From Utricularia gibba (lineage: Eukaryota > Plantae > Magnoliophyta): DNA of 64,000 nt. Numbering within the stretch: position 1 is the stretch's first letter; each line of letters begins with the position of its first letter. Under the pieces are notes generated by a model. That model worked only from the letters and a program-made list of their open reading frames with translations. It was not told the origin of the DNA and ran no database searches. Below are positions 1 through 9,878 of this stretch, piece by piece. The position numbers and the translations under genes are program-made. Location: contig CM007990.1 in assembly GCA_002189035.1 (NCBI GenBank), positions 248,001-312,000 on the forward strand, read 5' to 3'.

Positions 1-182
1 TGGTGGAGGCGCAGGAAACCCTAGTGAATGAAAGAGGTTTATTACTGGAGGGTCATTCAGTCGTTGACAGTAGACACATCGGGTAACCATGCTCTTTGGA
101 GAAGGTGTTGGACTCTCGGTGATTAAATGGCGAAATCCTCAATGATTATTGTTGGAGAAACCTTGTGTGGTTATAAGAGAAT
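1..182. repeat. Dispersed repeat, diverged copy of 9103-9283 (possible TE remnant)
   Basis: tggtggaggcgcaggaaaccctagtgaatgaaagaggttt...ccttgtgtggttataagagaatc aligns by eye with 9103-9283 despite many substitutions; no intact ORF, TE class not determinable. Confidence 0.7.
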
Positions 183-652
183 CATGTTGAAGTTGAAAGT
201 TATTGTAGCTCCCTAACTTGAAACTAAGATTTGAGTTTGTAGTTCCTAACTAGGAACCTAAAAGTTTGGATCTTGAGCTTGAGACACAAGAGCAGTCTTT
301 GTATTCAAAAAAACTGCTTTACAAAGCTGTAACCACCAAGAATATATAGATAGATTTGAGTTGCAACTGTTGTAAAAGTTGATGTTGTATTATCAGATTT
401 GCAATGGGCATCAATTAAGGTTGGGCTTGTGCTTGGGTGGGCTTTTCAACATGGTTTTATGGGAGCCTTGTGCACCTTGTAGGTCCAGTTGGGTTCTTTC
501 CCAAGTTTCAGGGTCTTCCAAATCCACTTCAGCAAATATGCACGGTTTGGTCAAATGTTCAATGATTTTCTTATCATCTTTTAAAATAAGTATTCGATGG
601 ATCGAGCGATCATACATGAAACTCAAATATATAATAAACATGTATCATGTTA

Positions 653-1140
653 GAAAAAATTAGATTTAACCAATTAATTATAACCTACAATTTTTTATAT
701 ATTTTACATATCACTTTCAAATCCTGATGTATTATTATTTGTTCTAATAAATACTCGCCTTCAAATCGAACTTATTTGTGATCTGGTTAAGATTTATTTT
801 TTTGATGATTATAGATAATGTTTAGGTTATAAGTTGGATTTAATTGTTTGTCACCTAAACATAATGCATCTCTTTATTTTTTTTATTTTTAACCAAAGCT
901 TGGACCAATACGAAACCCGTCTTGATCACCCAAGTCATGACATAAGGCAAACGTTTTGGTATCATGTTAAAATTAAGGATCTAATGGATTGTATGAGTAT
1001 ACGTGAAGTTATTGTATACGATAAAACATGAATTATATTTGAAAAAATTAGATACAACCAATTAATTATAATTCTTAATTTTTTATATAAATGATTGTGT
1101 CACTTTCAAATTAATATGTGCTATTATTTATTCTAATCAA
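653..1140. repeat. Imperfect ~95 bp AT-rich direct repeat pair (653-750 and 1041-1140)
   Basis: gaaaaaattagat..aaccaattaattataa...tcactttcaaat...tattattt.ttctaat occurs at both positions; the second copy ends where similarity to the 9286 duplicate begins. Confidence 0.7.
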
Positions 1141-1393
1141 TTCAACCGTGGCATGCGGAGATGTATGAAGGAAATATAATTTTTCCGATCGATAGGAGTT
1201 ACAGAATGTGTGGATTATCTTCGTTGGGAGACAATTATCAGCTCAACTAACTCCTAATCCATGGCCCTACTCCTTAACTCCAATTATGCATGCAAACAAA
1301 TAGAGATCACTCACTCAATAGTTTTTTCCTTCTACAAATACCAAGCCTTAGTGGAGCTGCACTCCCACAAAATATTCTACAGAAGGAAGAAGA

Positions 1394-1751
1394 ATGGCTT
1401 CCTTCCCCAGGGTTGCTCTCCTCGCGCTCTTCGCCCTCCTCCTAGCCTCTTCCCTCGCTGCTGCCAGGGATCTCCCGGAGAATCCCAACGCCGTCGACGC
1501 ATGTAAGTCACCCTTCCGCTTTTATCGTGAAACTCTAAAAACTTTGCTCATGCCTCCTCCTTGTCTGCATGCTTTCAGCCAAACCCAGTGAAGCAGGAAA
1601 GGTTGATGACGCCAAGTGGTACGGCTACCATTGGGATATCCTCGTTACGGGTACGGCTACCATTGGATATCCCCATTACGGGTACGGCTACTATTCGGGA
1701 TATCCCCATTACGGGGGCGGCTGGTACGGCGGACACCCTGGCTGGCATTGA
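1394..1751 (+). CDS. Secreted glycine/tyrosine-rich protein GRP-1 (exons 1394-1502, 1579-1751)
   Basis: Signal peptide MASFPRVALLALFALLLASSLAAARD, phase-1 GT..AG intron, exon 2 SKPSEAGKVDDAKW then YGY/GYPHY repeats ending GGWYGGHPGWH*. Architecture matches the plant GRP family (PF07172-like). Confidence 0.88.
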
Positions 1752-2199
1752 GGACCCCCCGGACTCCGACTCCCCCGACGGAAGGATATCTCCTGTCACC
1801 GCGCATCATCCCCATGTATCCGGAGTGCAATAAAGATGCTTGCGTCAATCTGGTGTTGTGTGTGTCCCTGTGTAATCTCCCTGGTCTGCTTTCATATGAA
1901 AAAAATGGTTTGTGTCGTGTTTCAATGCTTCCTCAACCAAACACGGCATGCATAGGATTGCAACTTAGGCCCCAATAATGCAGAATCTTGACACACACGT
2001 GAAAAAGATAGTTAACCTCTCCTTGTTCAGAAAACAAGGGTTCTACCTTCTAAAATACCTCATCAAAGCAATCGCTCAGCCCACCTCAATCACATAAACC
2101 ACCCCAGATTCTTTTGATTTTAGGAAGAAGCATAGAACCCTTCTCTAACACAGAGGTTTATGTTTTGTGTGGACGATCCTATTGTCCATTTGTATTTCA

Positions 2200-2424
2200 G
2201 TTTGGACAGCTTTTGGAAAGCTGGAACCCACGATTTCTCTCGACGTTGAAAGACCTCAGGAGCTCGATGGCAAGGTGAAGGAGCTTGAAGGCATTTGCAA
2301 TCCCATCATCGCCAAGGTGTACCGCGGTGGTGGCGGTGGAGAAGTTCCCAGAATGGATGAAGACGGCCCCGCACCTCGCAGCTCCACCGGTGGTTCTGGC
2401 CCCAAGATTGAAGAAGTTGACTAA
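2200..2424 (+). pseudogene. HSP70 C-terminal gene fragment, copy A
   Basis: [21 protein letters not shown]...[10 protein letters not shown] is the cytosolic HSP70 C-terminus with the EEVD motif; no ATPase or substrate-binding exons nearby. Confidence 0.9.
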
Positions 2425-2887
2425 ACTTCGTGACACTGCTTATGTGTGTAGCAGCCTGTAAATTACGCACGGCTGTGGCTAGTCAACAAGGGCAGCCCGA
2501 CATTGATGGACGTGTAGGTAGATTTAAGTATGGTTGATAAGATGTAATGGACCTGTAGGTATAAAACCTTTATTATTACCAAGTATAATAAATCCGCTTG
2601 CGCCAATGTAAGCATCGTTTACGTACGTCTCGTCAACTTGTACTCGTCACGTGCTTGGCGCAAATAATTTAAGTTTTTATTCTAATGTTTTCGAATAAAT
2701 TTAAAGTTCGTTACATCTTCTTATGTTATTTTACCAGGAAACATCTACCGAATCCCCAATGCTCATTCCCATGCAATGTCTCAGTGATTCTCCACATACA
2801 CACAAATCACATGTAACACACGATTGATTTTCACCTTCATTAACAAACGCATTCATTCACATGGTCCCTCAAAGTATGTGTCATCCG

Positions 2888-3138
2888 TGTTGGATGATGA
2901 AAATCAAGATGGATGCTAATCATTATGGAAGAAGATTGCTGCGGTTATCAAGACAAGACGTTGTGTTTGGATAGAATTAATATCTTTAACTGCTACGGTT
3001 AAGAAACTATCTGTTTTCAATGTCTGTGTTCCTAGTACTACTATAAATATGTTGTGTAGTTTATGTAAGAAAGATGTGACCCTTTTATGAATGAAAGCAG
3101 AATAAGTTCTGTTCTTATTGTTCTCTTGATTTACAACA
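2888..3138 (+). mobile_element. Candidate copia-type solo LTR (251 bp)
   Basis: Starts TGTTG (2888), ends CAACA (3138); internal ctataaata at 3041 and aataag at 3101; flanking 5-mers atccg/ttcag match 3 of 5 (degenerate TSD); no PBS or coding region. Confidence 0.55.
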
Positions 3139-3586
3139 TTCAGGTGACTCACCCAAGCTATCTTTGGATTCAGGCAGTCAATAAAGGTACTCGAGAGGCA
3201 TCCATGATGCCCACCCAACATAACTGGGGTCTTCATATCCCAGAAGCCTGCCTCAGATCTGATAGAATTTGGAATTTTTATTGATATCCATGCGGATGCC
3301 TCAGATCTGGTGTTTGTTGTTCGCGATGTCTGAACTTGTTATGGTGTCAAAGCATGTGTTTTGTGGATGGAAGGGAGTCGTTGCAAATAGGTTTCTGGGG
3401 TGGACTTGGAGAAGAAGACTTAAGACTCGTTCCGAGGACGAGTAGACAGACATATCTTGAACAAACAACCACCCGACGGCCCTACTCTTCAGCTCCACAT
3501 TAACTCACCCGCCAGCTTCTCCTTCTATAAAATGCACCGCACTCAGCAGGCGATTCTCACACAAGACAACACACAAGAGAAGGAAG

Positions 3587-3983
3587 ATGGCTTCCAGGTC
3601 CATTCTCTTCACCACCTTGGTCTTAGCTGCTGCTGTCCTGCTCGCCTCTTCCCTCGCCGCCGCCAGGGAAACCCCGCAGTCTCTCGACACCACCGAGCAA
3701 CGTCAGTTTTCTTTTCTCCTTCTTCTTCTTATTGCACGAACTAGAAAACCCTAGATATTATGTCCATGTTTGTGTGCCTTGTTCAGCAAAGCAGTTCCAG
3801 CAAGGAACGGTCAACGATGGCAAGTGGTTCTTTCACCCGTGGTGGCATCATCCATGGAATCCTTGGTTCCACGGAGGATACGGCGGTGGGGGGTATGACG
3901 GAGGGTACGGCGGCGGTGGTTACGGCGGCGGTGGTTACGGCGGCGGCGGCGGTTACGGAGGTGGCCCCGGAGGAGGATACTGA
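3587..3983 (+). CDS. Secreted glycine-rich protein GRP-2 with Trp/His/Pro-rich segment (exons 3587-3701, 3787-3983)
   Basis: MASRSILFTTLVLAAAVLLASSLAAARE, phase-1 intron, PKQFQQGTVNDGKWFFHPWWHHPWNPWFH then (GGY)n to stop; frame intact. Confidence 0.92.
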
Positions 3984-4716
3984 AACCACCAAAAGCCATG
4001 CATCTACTTCTACACCTGGGAACTACTACAGTAATCCGCACATAAACCTGTGTTATATAATAAATGCGTTTGCGCCTGTGTAAAACTTTGTGTCCGTACC
4101 TGTCTTCTCCATGTAATATATATTACAATATGTGTTTCAGAACCCATACCACCAAATATCGGCCCGGATCCCTAACCGTTTAGATTTCAACCCGAAATTA
4201 AAACAATAAACAAGAGAATAACCTTTGTTATATATTTCGTATAAGATATTAATCTATTCCAAATATAATACCTAAATTTTTTTACCATATCTCAACACAC
4301 TCTCATGGTGTAGAGTGGTGTCATTTGACCCTATTCAAAAAAAAATCTTGTTTCATGTAACTAGTAAAACGTAATATTAACATTATAAATTTAGATTATT
4401 CTTAATTTAATATCACTAAAAAAATAAACATATTAATACAAAAATGTCAAGGACACATCACAATCTGCCTACCAATGATTTGTTCCTCAACTTTGATGCG
4501 GTTCGGGCCTCCGGGTTGATGGGTAGCATGTATTCTTTAGTTATATAATATGTGAGCCACGGTATTTAAAAAATCATGATTAAATTATGATGCGCCATGA
4601 ACTATTCATCGTAAAGCTAGGTTAAATTCGACATAATCACGATTGAATTTTTTTGGAATACAGGCTCTTTGTGTATATATATATATATTGATCATTTAAA
4701 ATAATGGGTAGTCCCA

Positions 4717-5230
4717 AGTACCAAGTCAAATTTACGTCCCCGGATAGACACATTCCAAACCCTAACAAAAAAGAAAATCAAGTTGGGTAATCCCCAGGTA
4801 CCAAGTCAAACTCAGCAGCTCTGTGATCTGTGTTTTGTTGTGAGGTTGAGCGTCGGTTTTGTGATGGGGAGGTTCATTTATCTGCTAACTGTTGAATCAT
4901 TGACACGGGAAGACTTGGAGAGGGAGGCTGGGTCAAGCCAATCGAAGCATGACAGGGACCGCCCACCATGCGATCGATCATACAGCTTCCAGTTGGCTCA
5001 GATCGCTGTAATGCAAATCTGGTGCCACGCTCCGATTCCCATCTGATCTCCCCAGTTTCTCCAAAATGCACGCACAGTATATGCTGATGATATGAGGTAG
5101 CCTCAAGGCCTCTCGAGTCAGTATCCGCAGCCTCCATGATGAGGGAATGCTCGGCATTTTGACCTCAGGGAGGAATGATCAGGAACAAGTCAAACCTTCA
5201 AAAAAGAAATGCAACTTACTTGTGTTTGTG

Positions 5231-5267
<37 letters not shown>

Positions 5268-5278
5268 CCATAAGTCAA
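4717..5278. promoter_or_regulatory. W-box (TTGACY) cluster upstream of GRP-3
   Basis: agtcaa at 4724, 4804, 5188, 5273; ggtcaa at 4931; ttgacc at 5159; several share the longer context (t)accaagtcaa or gaacaagtcaaa. Confidence 0.5.
5233..5262. repeat. (GA)n microsatellite
   Basis: Uninterrupted gagagaga run of about 14-15 units. Confidence 0.95.
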
Positions 5279-5704
5279 AATGATGTAGACTTGGAAGATA
5301 ATGAGAACCATGCGATGGAACTTAGCAATGATCTTCTTCTAAGAGTCGTTTGCTCTGATCATGATTCAGGCGTGTAGTTTAAGAACTACTCTCCGCATCA
5401 GGACTTTGTCAATACCAGCAGTAAATATCATCCCACATCGTATTCGTAAAGATAAATAGTTGGCTTGGTTCAAAGAAAACTTTTTACAGATATGAATTTA
5501 GTATGATGTAATAACAGGGTTTCCATTTCCAATGTGTTAAGCAGCTATTTGACAACTCAAAAGTTTGATAATAAATGCAATAAACAACCAGTCGGCAGTC
5601 GAGGGGGCCTACGCATCAAGTCTTAGCTGTGGAGGCGTGTCGAGCTTCATCTCCTTCTATAAATAGTGGCGCATTCTGCAAGTCATCCTCACACAGCAAG
5701 AAAA

Positions 5705-6173
5705 ATGGGTTCCATTCCAAGGCGCTTCTTGTTCACCACCTTTGCCCTGGCCGCTTTCCTCCTCGCCTTTTCGCATGCCAACGCCAGGGATCTTCCGCAG
5801 CAGACTCTCGACCCGGCAGTGGAATGTAAGTCACACCCTTTTCTCTCTCTCTCTAACCCTATAGAGTTTGCTCATACTTGCGTGTGTCTGTTGTTCAGCT
5901 AAGCATTCTAAGGAAGGAACGGTCAGTGATGCTAAGTGGTACGGCTATCCTTCGTATGGTGGAGGATACGGCGGCGGCGGAGGGTACGGCGGTGGATATG
6001 GAGGAGGGTACGGCGGCGGATATGGAGGAGGCTACGGAAGTGGAGGAGGATACGGTGGAGGAGGAGGATACGGCGGAGGAGGAGGATACGGCGGAGGAGG
6101 AGGCTACGGCGGAGGAGGAGGATATGGCGGAGGAGGAGGATACGGCGGTGGATACGGCGGTGGAGGATACTGA
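5705..6173 (+). CDS. Secreted glycine-rich protein GRP-3 (exons 5705-5825, 5899-6173)
   Basis: MGSIPRRFLFTTFALAAFLLAFSHANARD, phase-1 intron, SKHSKEGTVSDAKWYGYPSY then long (GGGGGY)/(GGGY) repeats; TATA ctataaata near 5658. Confidence 0.93.
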
Positions 6174-8210
6174 AACTAAGAGTGGCCCTCCCTCCTAACC
6201 AAAAGAGTCACCCTCGTCATGCGTGTGCTATATAATACAATAAGGATGATTCCACCAATGTATAACTCTGAGTCACTCCTCGTTTCATGCAATGCCATCC
6301 ATAATTCATTCACCTTCAACACTGAACACAGTTATCAAAGCACAACCACGAGCACAGAGGAAACCCATTTCCACTGTAAAACATGCTAATTCATTGGAAA
6401 TAAAGTAAATTACAATGATCAAATATATAAAATATTATAAATAACTAGTAACTGATTAAATAAAATATTTTCTAATTTCTAATATGATACATAAATCTTA
6501 TAGATTTGCAATTTATGCATATTCGTCAGAGATTTATCTATCGTATTCTTAATTTCAATAAAATTAACCTAATTTCATGCCTCGTCTTTGAACCGGAAAT
6601 TGATACCTAGCCACACGGTAAACTATCTGGCTCTCCATGGAGGCGATGTATATGTTATGGGAGTACTTACTCAAAGTTATGCATATTCTTCTAAAATAAA
6701 CAATTATGAATCATGAGAATCAATCAATTAAGTTTAACAGTTTATTATGTTTCTCGAAAAATACTTTTCGAAAATATTTCTCATAAAACATAAATTGGAT
6801 CTCTATAACTTCTTAAACATGACAAACACTTCTAAGTTTTTATTCTTTTTTAAATCAAAACTCACTTGATAACAAAACTACTGCATTTTTCAAAAAAAAA
6901 AAACATATAAATTTCACCAATTTTAGTGATTTCTATTAAAAAATAATAATAAAATTATGGAACCCGTTATTACAGATGAATGGTTCCGACCCACGGATTA
7001 GTGTGAACGTTTGACAACTTAACCTAAACGGCAAAGATTGGGAACAAGTCAAAGCTCTAAAATGACAATAATGATGAAGATGGGGCCAAAGTATTAATTA
7101 AAACAGATTGATCTGATTGCCTGCATAATCTAACCCATTTTTTTATATATAGTTATGTATTTAAATTATTTTTTTAAATTTTTTTTAAAATATTCTTTAA
7201 ACGAATCGAATCATTTTTTGCATTAATAATGAATTTGAATTGAAATCATTTTTCGCAGTCATCATGAATTCGAATTAAATCAGATTTAACTTCAGGTTGA
7301 ATGTCACCATCCATCATGAAGATATACATGAACATAAGTCAACATGACGTTGACCCTATTTCTACAAAATAATGTTTTTATTAAAGAAATAAAAATGAAG
7401 AGTGGGGCAGCACCTCTACTTATCCGGTGCTAAACCAAGTCAATTACGAAGAGTTCTTCATTGACACAATCATCCCTAATATTTAAATATAAAGATTTGT
7501 TTTTAAAAATATTAAGTCAGTTGTCTTTATACAGTTTACTCATTCGGAGAGGAGCTTGAGTTAAAATCGAATAATGAATTTTGAAATTTGAGGAAATCGA
7601 ATCGAATAGAATTTGGACGGGGAAATTCATCAAAGTTTGTATATGTTAAAAGGGTGATAAGCGAACCAAATCCAATAGTGATTTTTTAAAAAATATGGTA
7701 AAATCAAAACCAAAATATCGAAACCAAAAATTCGATCCGATTCCATAATCTCGCCATGTTAGGTACCAAGTCACGCTTAGCGACTAGGTCTAATTGAAAA
7801 AAAAAAACAAAGCTCCATTTTTATATGGCAAGTATTTGGACAAGGGGAAAAAAATGAATATGATGCGAAGATACGTACACATGCATCGTCCCCATGATAG
7901 AGTGATGTGGCGTGTTGGTTGAAAGAGATTTCTGATTTATATTTTTAGTTGAATAAATCAACATAAAATTTATACATAACCCTAGAAAATCCGATTTTTT
8001 AATCGAAATAAGAAAGACCTTTTCAACAAAGAAGGTGTCAAAGTGAGTGAATCATTTTGGTTGTTTATGTGATTATCACTTCTGCGAGCAACTAATCCAT
8101 GGGCTACTCTTCTTAGCGCCTGCTGAATGATGACTCTGCTAATGTTTTCTATAAATACCAACGCATTTTGGAGGGAACACTCACACAAAGCCATCATAGG
8201 ATCAAGAACA

Positions 8211-8656
8211 ATGGCTTCCTTTCCGAGGTTGGCTCTTTTCGCCGGCTTGCTCGTGTTTGCGCTCCTCCTCGTCTCTTCCCACGCTGCGGGGAGAGATCTA
8301 GCAGAGAAACCCGACTTCGTTGGCTCAAGTAAGCTCACTTGTTCTTGTTTTTGTGTGTGTGTGTAGTGGACTCACAATAAAACCCTAGATAAAGACTTCG
8401 TTCGTGCATGAATGCATCCTTGTTGTCTGGTTTCAGCCAAGCCTACTGAAGCAGGAGGGGTCGGCGAGGCTCAGTGGGAGGATATGGTGGCTGGGGAGGA
8501 GGAGGCTGGGGCGGAGGTGGCTGGGGACCCGGTGGAGGATATGGCGGCTGGGGACACCGCTGGGGACCCGGTGGAGGATATGGTGGCTGGGGACACGGCT
8601 GGGGAGGTGGCGGTTATGGTGGCTGGGGACACCGCCGATGGGGTGGTTGGAATTGA
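8211..8656 (+). CDS. Secreted Gly/Trp-rich protein GRP-4 (exons 8211-8328, 8437-8656; one missing G near 8477)
   Basis: MASFPRLALFAGLLVFALLLVSSHAAGRD, phase-1 intron, TKPTEAGGVGEAQW; restoring one G in cagtgggagga gives (GGYGGWGH/GGWGPGG)n ending WGGWN*. Confidence 0.85.
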
Positions 8657-9534
8657 GGACACCGTGCCTGGGAACTGAAGAAACTCTGCTTAAACCGCCC
8701 GTCATCTCTTAGGAATCCTAGAAAAATAATGATGATTGGCGAAAAACTTATCTGGTATGCGTGTGTGTGTGTCAATGTAAACCTTTCTAGTTCTATGTGA
8801 TACTACTCTCCGTGAGTTTGCCTTTATGTGAAAAGTGGCTTCCCAATAGACGAAAAGCTCGATGAGAATCACAATACACCTGTTGCTTACACCCATTCAC
8901 ACACAAATCGTTGAAGATAATAAAAAAGGCTGATAATCCCTGCAAGTCAAGTTGACATCGACCTTGAGAGACGAATCTGGAACATGATTACTAGCAAAAC
9001 GTTTACAGCGAAAGGCACGTATTTGCGCATATTTCACCAATTCGATCCGATCGCGATCTGATCATCATGGTTTCTTTCAAAACCCTAAAGCGAACAAGGC
9101 TTGGTGGAGGAGCAGGAAACCCTAATGACTGAAAGAGGTTTATTACTGGAGGATCATTCAGTTGATGACAGTGGACACATCGGGTGGTAAAGCTGTTTGG
9201 ACCGGGGGCTGGACTCCCGGTGACTAATGGTGGAATCCTCGATGATTATTGGTGCAGAAACCTTGTGTGGTTGTAAGAGAATCCGACCATGGCATAGGGA
9301 GATGTATGAAGGAAATATAATTTTTCCGATCGATAGGAGTTGACAGAATGAGTGGATTATCTTAATTGAGCGACAAGCATCAGCTCAACTAACACCTAAT
9401 CCATGGCCCTACTCCTTAACTCCAATTATGCATGCAAACAAATAGAGATCACTCACTCAATAGTTTTTTCCTTCTATAAATACCACCCTTTGTGGAGCGG
9501 CACTCGCACAGAATCTTCTACACAAGCAAGAAGA

Positions 9535-9878
9535 ATGGCTTCCTTCCCCAGGGTTGCTCTCCTCGCCCTCTTCGCTCTCCTCCTGGTCTCTTCCCTCGCT
9601 GCTGCCAGGGATCTCCCGGAGAATCCCAACGCCGTCGACGCATGTAAGTCACCCTTCCGCTTTTATCGTGACACACTAAAGCCCTAAAAACTTTGCTCAT
9701 GCCTCCTCCTTATCTGCATACTTTCAGCCAAACCCAGCGAAGCAGGAGAGGTTGATGACGCCAAGTGGTTCGGCTTTCCCGGTTACGGGTACGGCTACGG
9801 TTGGGGATATCCCCGCTGGGGCGGCTGGTACGGCGGATACCCACGTTGGGTGGATACAGATGGGGTGGCTGGCATTGA
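9535..9878 (+). CDS. Secreted Gly/Tyr/Trp-rich protein GRP-5 (exons 9535-9643, 9728-9878; one missing G near 9849)
   Basis: Paralog of GRP-1: same signal peptide and intron, KPSEAGEVDDAKWFGFPGYGYGYGWGYPRWGGWYGGYPRW(G)GYRWGGWH* after restoring one G. Confidence 0.87.

Larger units (their letters stand above)
1145..2553 (+). repeat. Segmental duplication copy A (GRP promoter + gene + 3' flank + HSP70 fragment); partner at 9286-10706
   Basis: Near-identical sequence from acc(g/a)tggcat...gagatgtatgaagg through gatgtaatggacc in both copies; overlapping ORF translations of the 3' flank are identical. Confidence 0.97.

Noticed and set aside
379-663. Possible LINE ORF1 or other TE protein remnant
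   Set aside because: Only vague motif similarity; no diagnostic residues can be supported without a profile search.
2598-2663. Inverted repeat ttgcgccaa...ttggcgcaa
   Set aside because: Only a 9-bp stem with no extended pairing or TSD; insufficient for a MITE or miRNA call.
3141-3450. Coding-like stretch next to the solo LTR, also 4830-5140
   Set aside because: Short frames with no recognisable homology; cannot be assigned as gene fragments from sequence alone.
5430-5440. Perfect plant snRNA upstream sequence element ATCCCACATCG
   Set aside because: No TATA box at the Pol III (~24 bp) or Pol II (~33 bp) spacing and no recognisable snRNA, 7SL or telomerase RNA body downstream; treated as chance or a remnant.
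5878-6235. Alternative open frames over GRP-3 encoding Arg/Trp-rich and Glu/Asp-rich peptides
   Set aside because: A by-product of stop-free GGN repeats. The nearby alternative AG acceptors (5903, 5912, 5916) all create immediate stops after exon 1, so there is no route into these frames.
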